Shown here: positions 26,087 to 40,259 of the stretch, piece by piece
How positions within the stretch are numbered: position 1 is the stretch's first letter
Layout: the number at the start of each line of letters is the position of its first letter
Origin: Octopus vulgaris
Lineage: Eukaryota
Length of the DNA stretch: 64,000 bases
Direction: 5' to 3'
Assembly (NCBI GenBank): GCA_951406725.2
Contig: OX597814.1
Span: forward strand, 142,600,001 to 142,664,000
Notes under the pieces: generated by a model
Told to the model about the DNA's origin: nothing
The model's database searches: none
What the model saw: the letters and a program-made list of their open reading frames with translations, nothing else
Program-made: the position numbers and the translations under genes

Positions 26087-28445
26087 TTGTTCAGTTTATT
26101 TCAAGATTTCTTGCCAATAAAGAGCCGGTTTCTAACCTAGATCCAAGGCTCCTTCATTGGAATTTCAACATCAACAGCAGGGTATTTTTGTTTGTATGTA
26201 TGCATGTATGAATGTATGTATGTATGTATGTATGCATGTATGTAGGTTTGTATGCATTCATGCATATATGCACATGAGCAGACCTGCATGCTCCGCGTTA
26301 TGTATTCTCATGCACACAGTTACACACCCAGATATGGTCATACATATTTAAATGACAAACTTCCGGGAAGTTTTACAGACCAGTGATGGACAGGATCTGC
26401 AGTCTTCGAACCAGTCTTCCCTCCTCTGATCTTGAGAAGCCCAATCTCTCAAGACTGCCATTCGAGTAGTGTGACATATATTCCAGAACCCCAATAATTA
26501 CAGGTGTACACCTGAACATGTAATCTGGATGGAGTAACTGCAGATTTCTCAAATAGTTCAGCGTAGATATTCTCTTTTTCACTGATCTTCAGCTTTATGT
26601 TAACATCCGTTGGATAGCTAACTTCCAGAACTGTACACAGTTTCTCTTTTCTATCCCAAATCATTATATCAGGTATACTGTGCTTACATTTTATTGAGGT
26701 CTTCACTGGGACATTCCACCAGTACTCCTTTTTATTATGAGTGGCTATATCTTCTACGATACTGTTAGCTTTTATTTCTTTGTCCTCGGGGTTATCTTTC
26801 CGACGGATTTCATTATATAGTGTCCTAGCTACATCATGTCTCATCGGTAGATAATACCGTGATGACACTTTTGGACAAGTACTTACGATGTGGATGACAT
26901 CATTGGTGCCAAATCCACAAAGTCTGCATCGGTTGTTACATTTTACTGACCCTCCTGCATCTCCATCCCTTTTGTGCATCAAGCACCTGGCCGACATCTC
27001 CTGTTCCTGGATTGCAAACGCGCACCCCTCAAAGTAGCAATCCGGCCATTGGTCCATGACAGACTGCTCCGATGACCAATGCCATCATCATCCCGGAGCT
27101 CTCTACCAACACATCCATGCATAGCCCTCTGCTCACACGGACTCATTCCCTCATCTGACGACACGCCGCAGTAGAGTCGTGCGACTTCCCTGGGCAAGTA
27201 TTATAGGTTATCAGATAAGGGATGCCGCTCAAAGAGCCGCCCTTATGATGTTATCAGCCTCATGTATGCAAACTTGGTCAAGAGATGCACTTCGATACCC
27301 GGTGGTTAAAAGATGTTGCCGAAAGGATATGACACAATATTCAAAGACATTTTGGATTGATGTTAAGCCTCTGCCACCTTGTTTTTGTTTTAGATAGAGG
27401 CGGTCTACGTCACTGTTTAAGTGGAAATTATATGTACTTGTTAGTATTTTTCGGGTTTTCACATCAATGGCTCGGATCTCATTAAACATCCAGTCAAGCA
27501 GCCCAAATGTTGGCATGAGTACTAGCTCTACAAACACTTTGTGGGCCACTGCTTTCTTGAATGCAAAGAGTTCCGAGGCCCAAATTTTCCTTACTCGGCT
27601 GCAATACTCCTTAGTGATACGTATTTTGCTACAGGTGCCACCGCAACATATGTCCACATATGTTCCCTGCCTGAGAACAATCAGTCTGCAAGCGAGTGTC
27701 CTCTCTGCGCTGTCTCCTTCTCTACTTTCCCTTGATGGGACATATAGTTATTTACTTGTTTGCACGAAATAAGCATCATTACATGACTGATGGTCCTCCG
27801 TAACCAAGTTATCTTTTTCTCTGTCTTCAAAACCCCTGACGGTACCTTCTTTGTTGCTTCGGTTTTGTTTACCTTTTGAATGTCACTTATGAATTTAATT
27901 GTAGCAGCCAGAGCACACAAGCAGGCGTCAATCCGCAAGAATGTGGGCCCATCTCACAGCCGCAAATACTCATTACCAATCTCGCCAACAGCCTTCAATA
28001 TTGCACCCGGTGGTCTTGCACTTACCTTGGCAGAGAATACTCTCTGAAGAAAGTGCTTCAAAGCCAAAGCCACTTCTTCTCGGAAAATTTCAGCAAGGGC
28101 ACACCCCTAACGGTATATAATCCTGACCACTACTACTACTACAATAATCGTTGCGGTTGCGCCTGCTGTTTACCACAGTCGCAGCAGGGGAACAATAGTC
28201 AGTTACCTGAGCCAGTAATGTAGTCTGGCTGGCAGGCACTATGGAATCTGTTGGAATGTCGCCACTCATACCACTCACGCTTTCGCCCTTGTCTATAGAG
28301 CTGGGAAGAAAGTCAATCCTTGACCCTCCAACAAAGTTACATTTACTAACCCTCTTCGACATGTTCCACAAACACCGCCCACCGGCGCAGCTTCTTCGCA
28401 GCAAAATGATTCAACTCCGGATACAGATCGTCCCAATATGACCTC
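26087..28445 (-). mobile_element. R4/Dong-like RLE non-LTR retrotransposon fossil lacking most of the RT
   Basis: DRLYLKQKQGGRGL, CCHC knuckle CRLCG..DVIHIVSTC, RHD motif and PDIMIWD...LEVS restriction-like endonuclease; frameshifted. Ends are approximate. Confidence 0.85.
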
Positions 28446-31400
28446 AATTGATTCATATATATTTCTTTATTGCCCACAAGGGGTTAAACATAGAGGGGAC
28501 AAACAAGGACAGACAAACGGATTAAGTCGATTACATAGACCCCAGTGCGTAACTGGTACTTAATTTATCGACCCCGAAAGGATGAAAGGCAAAGTCGACC
28601 TCGGCGGAATTTGAACTCACGACGTAACGACAGACGAAATACGGCTACGCATTTCGCCCGGCCTGCTAACGTTTCTAGCCAACATAAAGGTTTTCTTTCG
28701 CTTTTCTGAAGCGGTTAAATAGATCAGCACTCAATTCATAACTCCAGTAGAAATAAGTTTTGTAATTACGGTTTCTTCTATAACTACAGCAAGAAAGAAT
28801 TTGTTTACCTGTTGAGCTGTTGTTTTCGTTCTCTTTTTCGGTTGCTTTGTTGTTGATGTGTCCAGTCACGTTGTTTGTAGAAACTCTCTGCATGCTAAAT
28901 TCAAGTTTCAGTCGAAAACCACTACGATCGTGAATAAAAGGTTCCCTCGGTTAATTCATCTGAAGATTAACCAGTTATTTAACAAGGCTGCTTGCTGTGG
29001 CTTCAAAGTTGGAGATAGTATTCATCGTATTTTCGATAAATAGTCTCCCACGCTAAATATGTAACTTGTCGCTTCGATGTATGTATGTATGTATGCAGGA
29101 AGGGTATCGAACCGTAGAATCTATACCAAGATGGATATATGTGTGTGTGTATGTGTATGTGTGTTTGTGTGTTTGTGTGTGTGTGTGTGTGTATTATTTG
29201 TATTATTATTTAATTGATCGTCATGCATCCATTCCCAAGTTTATGTATGTGCGTGTGTGTGTGTGTAAAGGGAAAAGACCCCTTCGGTCATGAATGACCG
29301 TGGGATTGCATCTAGAAAGTTCCCCACTATGGCACAAGTCCATCAAAGTGTGTTTTTTGGAAGACCAGCAGTCGCCCACGCATTCCAGCCTCCCCTCTCC
29401 ATGCCACAGATGTTATCCAAGGGAAAGGCAAAGGCCGATACAGCTTGGCACCAGTGACGTCGCAACTCATTTCTACAGCTGAGTGAACTGGAGCAACTTG
29501 AAATAAAGTGTCTTGCTCAAGAACACAATATACGGTCCGGTCCAGAGATTGAATTCACTATCTCATCATTGTGAGCCCGACGTTCTAATCACTGAGCCAT
29601 GCGCCACACATACACGCACATACACACACACACATACATACATACATACATACATACATACATACATACATACATACATACATACATACATACATACACA
29701 CATACATACATATATACATATATATATATGTGTGTATGTGTGTGTGCGTGCGACTACGAGTATGAGTGCTCGCGTGCGTGCGTATGTGTGTGTGCGCGTG
29801 TGTACATGTATATGCGCGCGTGTGCGCGTGTATGCGTACTTGCATGTATACGACGAATTTCCATACAGTTTCTGTCTATGAAATCCACTCACAAAACATT
29901 TTGTCTGATGTTCTGACTCAGATTTCCTAGTGAAGATTCTCCGAAACCTTTGTGATCTATAAACGGTCGCTAGGGAATAATATTGGTCAATAAGATGACT
30001 TTATGACAAATACATCTTTCAATTATTTCTGTTTAATTCTCTATTTGTCGAGCAATCTGTATATCTTACTCAACGTGGATATGACGACGACGACGGCGGC
30101 GGTGGTGGTGGTGGTGGTGATGAAAGCCACTATACTGCAGTATAGTTATCTGGTATAGAAGTACAGAAGCGTCAGTAGTAGACGAGAAATATAATATCCA
30201 GTAGTGGCGGTGGAATTGCTAGATCACGTGATTTCTGCGTACTTGCGTGTCATCGGCAGCAAGTATCCTCTACCCTCGCATGCTTAGACAAATCCCCCTA
30301 CCCACTGATGTATAAGAAAAAAACTGATCTTACCTTCATTGATTTCGCAAATATCTGACAGGCTGAGTAAAACGCACAACATATTCTGTAAAGTAGAAAA
30401 AAACCTGGCTTGTATAAGCTGTACGAAGAGTTAAGGAAAACAAAATGACTCATTAATAGTAAATTGTACAGAAATTTGGCTAATAAAGGATTTTAAAAAC
30501 ATAAATAAATGCGCCCTTTTAAAGCCTAGCCAGGCTCATGGGCCCGGTTTCCCGGTTTCAATGGCGTATGTGTGCCCCAGCTGGACGGGACGCCAGGCCA
30601 TCGCAGCGTTACTCGTTTTTGCCAGCTGAGTGGACTGGAGCAACGTGAAATGAGGTGTTTTGCTCAAGAATACAACATGTCGCTCGATCCAGGAACTGAA
30701 ACCACAATCTTACGATCATAATGCTGACACCCTAACCACTAAGCCACGTGCCTCCACAACAAAGGATTTAGTTAATACAAAATTTCTTAAACTTTTTCTA
30801 TGACGTTTGATGAATTTCTGCATTGTCAGAGATTTATTTAATCTCGTTTGAAAATTAACTTTATGAAAGACAAAGGGAATGAAAAGCATTAACAAAATAT
30901 ATTAGCAGCACGCTAACAAAACTAATGATAAAAAAAACCCATCACATTGACTCGGGTCAAATGTCTTGACTTACAACCGAAATGTCACCGAGTTCTTTCA
31001 GAGATAGTGTCAAATAGTTATGTGGTTTGGCGGGTATACTCTTAGAGTAGCGAAATTTATGCACACATCCCCTTTCAATGTGTATGTATATGTGTATGTT
31101 GACATATATATATATATATAAGGGTGGATATATATATATATAGAGAGAGAGATGGGGGAGGGGAGAGAGAGAGAAAGATTAAACTATATACATCCATGCA
31201 TACATACATACATACACACATACACGCATACATACATACATACATAAATACATACATACATACATACATACATACATACATACATACATACATACATACA
31301 TACATACACACACTCACGGCAAACCGAATAGAATACACTGCAAGATAATGATATCAGGCTACAGAATCATGCAGTTATACACTACTAAACTACAATAATC

Positions 31401-32044
31401 CACTAAACTACAATAATCTACTAAACTACTAAACTACATTATCATACCACTCTAAACTACATGCAATATCATACCACTCTAAACTACATGCAATATCATA
31501 CCACTCGATCAGACACCATCATACCACACTCCCAGACAACACCAGCAAATTGCACAAACAGATGACACTATTAGCCTAAACTCCCGTACTGTATTCGTTT
31601 ATATTATCAAATATGTTACGGCAATTGATTGACAGAATCGTTTGAGCATCGAACAAAATGAATGCCGTGTGGTATTTCTTCCAGTTGTTTGCATTTTGAG
31701 TTCAAATCCTACGGAGATTAACTTTACCTTTTATTCTTTCGGGAACGACAGAATAAATGGTACCTCAGCATGACTGCAGACTAATGACTGAAACAAGTTA
31801 AAGAATAACAGAATCAAATACTGGAATTGATGGTATTGGCTTGTCCCACCCGTAAGCACTGCTAATCGTGTCCCTAAATTAACCCTTTGAACCCGTAATA
31901 CCGGTTTACCGGTAGATGGCATATTTTTCTCTATACCGTAGCACCGCTCTACCGGGAGAGTGCATCAGGAAGCCAGGTGTATGATCAAATAAGGTTCAGG
32001 AGATCAGGGCTCAAAGGGTTAATAAGCATTATTAACAGTGCTGA

Positions 32045-32650
32045 ATGTGGTGAGTCGGCAGAATTGATACCGCACCGAACAAAAAACTTAACGGTATTTC
32101 TTCCGTCTTCACGTTCCGAGTTCAAATTCTGCCGAGGTCGACTTTGCCTTTCATCCTTTCGGGGTCGATAAATTAAGTACCAGTTACGCACTGGGGTCGA
32201 TGTAATCGACTTAATCCGTTTGTCTGTCCTTGTTTGTCCCCTCTATGTTTAGCCCCTTGTGGGTAATAAAGAAATAGGTATTTCTTCCGTCTTCCCGTTC
32301 CGAGTTCAAATTCTGCCAAGGTCGATTTCGCCTTTCACCTTTCGGAGTCGATAAAATGAGTACCAGTTGAGTACTGGGATAAATTTAATCAACTTAATCC
32401 CTTCCCCGAAATTGTTGGCCTTATGCCAAGATTTGAAATTATTAACAATGGTGACAGTGGCAGGCTGGCAGATTCATTAGCACACCGAACAAAATGATTA
32501 ACGGCATTTCTTCAAGCTTCATATTCTGAGTCCGAATTCCGCCAAGATTCACTTTGCTTTTTTTCTTTGGAGTCGATAAAATTAGTATCAGTTGAGCACT
32601 TACCCTCTTCCCTCAAAATTTCAGGCCTTGCATCCATTTTAGAAAGAATA
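32045..32650 (+). mobile_element. Cluster of SINE family B copies (Nin/Deu-like core)
   Basis: Core GTCGACTTTGCCTTTCATCCTTTCGGGGTCGATAAATTAAGTACC. Other copies at ~28460, 31625, 33300, 39730, 43940, 55851 and 59265. Confidence 0.85.
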
Positions 32651-33433
32651 ATTAATGGTGGTAGGAGGTCGGCAGAATCATTAAAACGTCAGAAAAAAAA
32701 TGATTTGTAGTATTTTTTCTGACATTTTAAGCCGCAGGAGTTGCTGTGTGGTAAGAAGCTTGCTTACCAACCACATTCTTCTGAGTTCAGTCCCACCGCG
32801 TGGCACCTTGGCCAAGTGTCTTCTACTATAGCCTTGGGCCGACCAAAGCCTTGTGAGTGGATTTGATAGACTGAAAATGAAAGAAGCCCGTCTTATATAT
32901 GTATATGTATATATAGGTGTGTGTGTTTGTGTGACTGTGTTTGTCCCCCCCACCACCACCACCATCACTTGACAACCGATATTGGTGTGTTTACGCCTCC
33001 GTAACTTAGCGGTTCGGCAAAAGAGACCGATGGAATAAGTACTGGGCTTACAAAGAATAAGTCTTGGGGTCGATTTTTTCGACTAAACGCGGTGCTCCAG
33101 CATGGCCGCTATCAAATGACTGAAACAAGTAAAAGAATACACGTTCTGAGTTCAAATCTCATCAAGATCCATGTTTTCTTTTCATCTTTTTTCTGGTTCG
33201 AAAAAACAAAATACCCATCAAGTTTTGGACCCATGGTATCGACTAACATCGCCCTAACTATCAAATTTGCTGATCTTGTTCTTAACTTACGAATAATATT
33301 CCTTTCTACTATACGCACAAGACCTGAAATTTGGCGGGAGGAAGCTAAACGAATACATCGACCCCAGTGTTTAACTGGTACTTATTTCATCAATTCCGAA
33401 AGGATGAAAAGCAAAGTCAACCTCAGCGGTCTC

Positions 33434-33783
33434 AACCACTATGCTATATGCCCGTGGGTATATTGCGTAGTGGTTAAGAGCGCGGGCTACTAACTCCAAG
33501 ATTCCGAGTTCAATTCTAGGCAGTGACATGAATAATAATAATAATAATAACAACAACAACAACAACAACAACAACAATAATAAAAATAATCATAATAATA
33601 ATAACATCGAAAAAATACCTTAGGAATGAGAACCCAGTTTCGAAATTTCCCCCAAAACACCTGATGAAGGCTGGAGGGTATATCAGCCGAAACGTGTTAA
33701 CAACAAGCAAGATGAGGACAAATATCCGTCAAATGTAAATAATGTAAATAATGTACATAATTCCTCATCTCTTAAATAGAACT
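33434..33783 (+). mobile_element. tRNA-derived SINE carrying a hammerhead-like motif
   Basis: A-box-like GCGTAGTGG and B-box-like GAGTTCAATTC, then (AAT/AAC)n, then AACAC-CTGATGA-A-GGCTG...CAGCC-GAAAC-GTGTT at 33656-33698. Confidence 0.7.
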
Positions 33784-33818
33784 GAAAAAAGGTTACACGT
33801 TAAAATACGTTAAAATAC

Positions 33819-33897
<79 letters not shown>

Positions 33898-34914
33898 GGG
33901 AGAAGAGAGAGAAGGTTTGTGTTTGTATTGGTTTGTTTACGTCCTTGTGACTTAGCGGTTCGGAAAAAGTTAGCCAACAGAATAAGAACATGACCGACAA
34001 GTAAAAAAAAATTTTAAAAAAAAAACAGAAAAGGTAACATAATTACTGGTGGCAATTTGTTCGACTAAAATCCTTTATGGCAGTGCCCCACTGCCCAAAA
34101 TAAATAAATTTAAAATATTTTTTTTTTAATGAGTGAAAGAAGTAAAAAAAGAGAATTGTCACAGGAATTGCTTCCTTTCGAAGCTAATATCCTTCGTGGA
34201 CAACGTTCACCAACATGCACACAAGTATTACGACATTAACTTGTGTATATGCATGTGTTTGTTTATTGCCCTTCCTCCTCCTCCACCCCTAATAATTGAC
34301 GTCACAGAATTCGTGCGATTCTCTAGAATGACAGAACGAACGTTCACTGTTGTTGGTGGCGAGGTGGAATGGGAAATGCAGAGATAATCGCCTACGTTTA
34401 ATACTGAAATGACGAACATTCAAATGACAGACTTATGGAAAGTCTGTCATTTCAATGGATTTTAACCAAACACACATACATTCATACGTGTATGTGTATG
34501 TATATATATCTATATCTATACCTAGCTATCTATCTATCTATATAATAATAAAGGGTAAAATTAATTAATAATTAATTAATTAATAATTAATATTTAATAA
34601 TTTTACCAAGTAGTTCGGTATGTTAAAAGAACCTTTATCGGTAACCTTATACAAAAATTATAATAATTATAAACATAATTATAATTAGGGTTTAGCAAAA
34701 TTGCTTCACCACGTACTGAAATTTAGAAATAGCAGTTAAATACTATTCTACTACTATAAGATATCTCCCAGTTGAGAGTATTGCTGTTTGGGCGATATCT
34801 TATGATAGTAGTTAGTATTTAACTGCTATTTCTAAATTTCGGTATGTGATGAAGCAATTTTGCTAGGCCCTAATTATAATTATGTTTATAATTATAATAA
34901 TAGATAGATAGATA

Positions 34915-35038
<124 letters not shown>

Positions 35039-35364
35039 AATGAAAGATGGAAGATGGAATATACGAGAATTTATTATTAATCACGGCAATTGTTTCGACG
35101 CATTTAGCATCGATTCCCCTTGGGTGGGACATTCAACAACTGGTTCAGGAGCATCCGTTGGTGCAGATGTATTTCGTCAGGTGATAAATAAATACAACTC
35201 GTTAAAATCACTGTCCTGCAATGTAACCTTCCGTTTTGTAGAGAGAAAAGTAGCCAGACGGAGGAAATATCTTCATTTATATTGAAGATCAAAAATAAAA
35301 TCAAAGATAGCAAAAAGAGAAACGAACACGCAATCCAGCGAGAAAAGTATTAAATATATAAATT

Positions 35365-35566
35365 TGACCGCGCGTGTACCGTTGGCAATTTTTTTTCCTC
35401 CGTCTTCCCTTCTCTGGATCTTTCCTTTTCCTATGTTTCTGACGAAGAGCTCCGCTCGAAACGTTAAGCCCTCCTTCTTCCCTTCCTTCCTGAGTGTCCA
35501 ATAATACTATATTGGTTCCACGTCCTCGCGTTGTTGTGTTTTCTCTTTGTGTTTTCATGTTTGGAT

Positions 35567-35570
<4 letters not shown>
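35365..35570 (+). mobile_element. PLE pseudo-LTR-like repeat with minimal hammerhead (35435-35469)
   Basis: Same CTGACGAAGAGCTCCGCTCGAAACGTT core; ends in GGATTAAC+(TA)n. Confidence 0.75.
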
Positions 35571-35648
<78 letters not shown>

Positions 35649-35741
35649 TATATAAGGATAAGATCGATATTAATGTGGTTTTAGAGTCAAGTTTTAACTG
35701 CTATTTTCAGTGTGGTGGTACCTCTTAGATACCCTAAATTA

Positions 35742-35776
<35 letters not shown>

Positions 35777-36033
35777 AGAGAGAGAGAGAGAGAGAGAGAG
35801 AGTGAGAGAGAGAGAGAGAGAAAGAGACAGACAGACAGAGAGACAGACGTGAGTATGTGTATGAGCGTGTATGCATACATATATGTATTCACACCCACGC
35901 ACACCCACACATATTTAATATACACAACTTACAAACGCTACAACTAGTTTCGAGCTTTAAGATACATCGAATTGGCAGATTTTTTTCTAACATGCAATGT
36001 ATCTCCAAGCAGTCTTTTAGGCTCAGTCAGTTC

Positions 36034-36073
<40 letters not shown>

Positions 36074-36103
36074 GTGTGTGTGTGTGCGCGCGTGCGTGCG
36101 TGC

Positions 36104-36149
<46 letters not shown>

Positions 36150-36194
36150 TCTGTGACGATTCACATGTCACCGTCCAACTTCCTTTTCCGCCTC

Positions 36195-36242
<48 letters not shown>

Positions 36243-36301
36243 TGTGTACGTGCGTGTGTGTGTGTACGTGCGTGTGTGTGTGTGAGAGAGAGAGAGTGTG
36301 A

Positions 36302-36338
<37 letters not shown>

Positions 36339-36367
36339 TGTGAGTGTGTGTGTGTGTGTGTGCGTGC

Positions 36368-36399
<32 letters not shown>

Positions 36400-36400
36400 A

Positions 36401-36455
<55 letters not shown>

Positions 36456-37033
36456 TCTGTGACGATTCACATGTCACCGTCCAACTTCCTTTCCCGCCTG
36501 ATCATTGACTCGTTCAGTCACGCATCTTTTGTCTCCTTTTTTACATTCAGCACAGTTTTTAGTTTTGCTTTGTTTTTCACCGTTCGTTTATTTTCACTTT
36601 TCATTCAATCCTTCCATCTATCCACTTTCTAGTCCTTTAGGAAAAAATTTCCATTGCGTTATTATACATTTTTCTTGTTTCAAACTGCAAGGCCTTTATT
36701 TTCTTTGTATAGAGTGTATTTACTTTGTTTGTGTATTCACATTTATGTATCGCAATTGTTTTGCCACCAAAATTAACAATATTATCATTGAAGGCGTGAA
36801 GTTGCAATGATTATTTTTTGGACGATGACTGACGAGGAAAGAGCACATCCATCCATCCATACATACATACATACATACATACATACATACATACATACAT
36901 ACATACATACATACATGCATGCATGCATACATACATACATACATACATACATGCATGCATGCATACATACATATATACGCGCACACATACGTACACACAT
37001 ACATACATACATACATACATACATACATACATG

Positions 37034-37081
<48 letters not shown>

Positions 37082-37096
37082 TATATATATGTATAT

Positions 37097-37135
<39 letters not shown>

Positions 37136-37142
37136 TATACAC

Positions 37143-37208
<66 letters not shown>

Positions 37209-37661
37209 TCCGTGCAACATCGATATTCTTCCCTATGTTTGTGAAATCTTTGTATTTCTGCCGTAAGGCTTCATTTCCCCCACGCGCCGGCTTAATTATT
37301 CAATTCGTCCCCAGTGGAAAGACACCTGTTGTTATGTCCTGTTATTATTTTTATCGTATTTATATTGTATTTATATTTGTGTAACATTGTCTGTTTTTCC
37401 GTCCTTGTTTTTGTATACATTAGATGCTTTCTTCCAAGGAATCTAATGCTCTTAGCTTAGTTTTTCCTTGGGGTTGGCCAGATTAGAGCAATCTCAAGAT
37501 TAACCAGCCGAAATTGCGATGATGATCTGGTTCTTGACTGAGGATAGAAAGCTTCGAATGACCCGTCCTTGTTTATTTTTGTATCGTCTATCTGGATGTT
37601 TCGTTGTCCCTTTTTGTATCACCTAGTTGTCCGGATGTTTTGCGTTCTTGTCCTATTTTGC

Positions 37662-37769
<108 letters not shown>

Positions 37770-38456
37770 CGCCGCGTGTCCCCCTCCTCCTTCCCTCTTT
37801 CTTGCCTATAAAACAAAATTCCTTTACACGTGGTTCCCACTATTGAAAAGACTGCCTCCACGCGCTGCTACTACACTTTCGTCCTTGCCAGCAAAAGGCT
37901 TCTTCGTTCGTCCCCTTGTGTGGTTGATTTCCTGTATAGTATTCTTGTTATTTTCTCGTTTTGTAACTAATTGTACTTTTTGTACATGTATTTTTATTTT
38001 TGCAGTTTTATCGTTTGTCTATGCCAGAAAAAAGGCTTTTTCGTTCGTCCTCTTGTGTTTGTTTTTGTACATGTATTTTAATTTTGCAGTCTTATTGTTA
38101 CGTCTTGTTTGTGTTGGTACTCATTTTGCCCCGCTGCTTGGAATTTTATTTTAATTCTCTCGCAGGAAGGCCTATTGGATTAGTGTTCTGTTATGCCTTC
38201 GAAACATGCCTGACTCCTCTAGCGACAGCTGATGACGGGGGTCTTGTCCTTGTGTAGCTCGTCCTGTATTTGTTTTTCGTTTTCTTGTTTTTCGTTTTCC
38301 GTTTTCTTGTTTTTTGTTTTTTGGCTTTTTCCGTTTCTACGTCTTATTGTGATGTCCTGTACTCCCGTATAATTATTTATATATGCATGTATATATACAT
38401 GTAGATGTAGGTACGTACATATATGTTTGTATGTATGCATATATTTTTATTTATCT

Positions 38457-38489
<33 letters not shown>

Positions 38490-40259
38490 CGTTTACTTGT
38501 TTCAGGCATTGGGCTGTAGCCATAGTAGGGCACTGCCTTAAAAGGGTAGAGTCGAATTAACTGTGTATATTGTATTTGAATATAAATATACATATACGCA
38601 CGTACATGCATGCAATAATGTGTGCGCGTATGTGTATGTACACATAAATACAAACACGCACACGTAAATACAAACTACGCGCGCACGTCTTTGTTTGAGC
38701 AAAAGAGAAGTTGACTAATTGTTTAAAGTAAATGTTTTCAGATCATATTTTTACGTCCCCTGAGGCTGATGACGATTCAGACACATCAACATGAATACGT
38801 AACAAGATAACATGTAGTCATCACTAAATGACAGCTTGAATAATTGTAGAGGATTTCTATTATTGTTGACGTTGTCGTTGTCGTCAGCATTATTGTTTTA
38901 TGCTTTTCGTTACGTGATTTGTGCATTTTAGATCTGAATTAATTACAGACCAAAGATAGATTGTTTTTGTTGTTGTACATGCTATTCTTCTTCTTCTTTT
39001 TCTTCTTCTTCTTCTTTTTCTTCTTCTTCTTCTTTTTCTTCTTCTTCTTTTTCTTCTTCTTCTTCTTTTTCTTCTTCTTCTTCTTCTTGATGGTTATTGT
39101 TTCTAACAATTGAAGAAACTACGTAGATGTGTCTTTGTCAGTTTGTTGTTGTTTAGCCTCAGGAAAATTCTGTCGGAGTCCTGTTAGGTTTTAAACGATA
39201 GCAGTTTCTTCGTGTCCAAAGGTTATGAGGTAGGGCGGCGTGCCCTCAAGCGTCTATGTCAACTGCTCCTTGATGCTACAGTGCTTTCCTTCCTGCTTGC
39301 GTTTAATAATGTTAAAGTGAGAGTCAGTTCGCGCTATCCGAACCCCTTCTTTAAGACCTGGCTCGGCGGGCTGAGATATCTGCAATGACCAGCAAGATGT
39401 AGGTTTTATATTGGGGTGGCCTTTTCCTAGGTGAACTGCTTTGCAGAGTCAGAGAGCTCCACCTGCCCTAGAGTTGCCGCTAGGGAGTCAAAGGTGGCAC
39501 CGAACCAAGTGAAGCAAACTGGCACTTCCCTCCTTAGTTTGCTGTCAGTGTTGATTTATTTAGTCCAGTGGTTCTTAGCAATAAGACCTTTGCGGGCCCA
39601 TACAAGAATTTGTTGTTAAACTACATGAGCAATAAATTGGTTATAATTCTGCAACACAAAATGTTTTTAAGATTTTTTATACAGTTCCTAACAATATTTA
39701 ATTATAAACAACGTTTAATTTTATGAAAACGGCGAGCTGACAGAATCGTTACCACACTGGGAAAATGCTTAGCGACATTTCGTCTGTCTTTATGTTCTGA
39801 GTTCAAATTTCACTAAGGTTGACTTTGCCGTTCATCCTTTCGCAGTCGACAAAACAAGGACCAGTTGAGTACTGGGGTCAATGTAATCGACTTTGCCCAC
39901 TTCCCCAAAATTGCTGGTCTCACCGAAAAGTGCTAAAATTTGAAACCGATATTTAATTAATATGAGTTTTTGAAATATTGAATGGCTATGAGATGGTCCA
40001 GCTGAGGAATCAATGCGGCCTGTAGGTTTTCAATAGGAACAATACAAGTTAGCTACGCACATTGCCAAATTATTCACAAAACTACTCATTCCATAAATAC
40101 CAATAATTTCATATTCATTCATCGCATATATATCAATATCAATAGGTAAAACATGGCTGCGAAACGCTGGCCTAGCCTTTTCGTTTCCTAAAGGCACTCA
40201 TAAGGCAGTGAAGGTTAGGTAAAACCATTTATTGCAGAAAGTGATATTACCGGACTTAT

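Noticed and set aside
31380-31530. Short spaced direct repeats superficially like a CRISPR array
   Set aside because: These are 18-27-bp tandem slippage repeats without unique spacers, in eukaryotic DNA with no cas genes.
33456-33530. tRNA-like sequences here and at other SINE heads
   Set aside because: They have A and B boxes but no complete cloverleaf, and continue into repeat bodies; SINEs, not tRNA genes.
38741-38793. Possible plus-strand terminal exon (HIFTSPEADDDSDTST*) after GTTTTCAG
   Set aside because: No upstream exons or homology found; consistent with chance.
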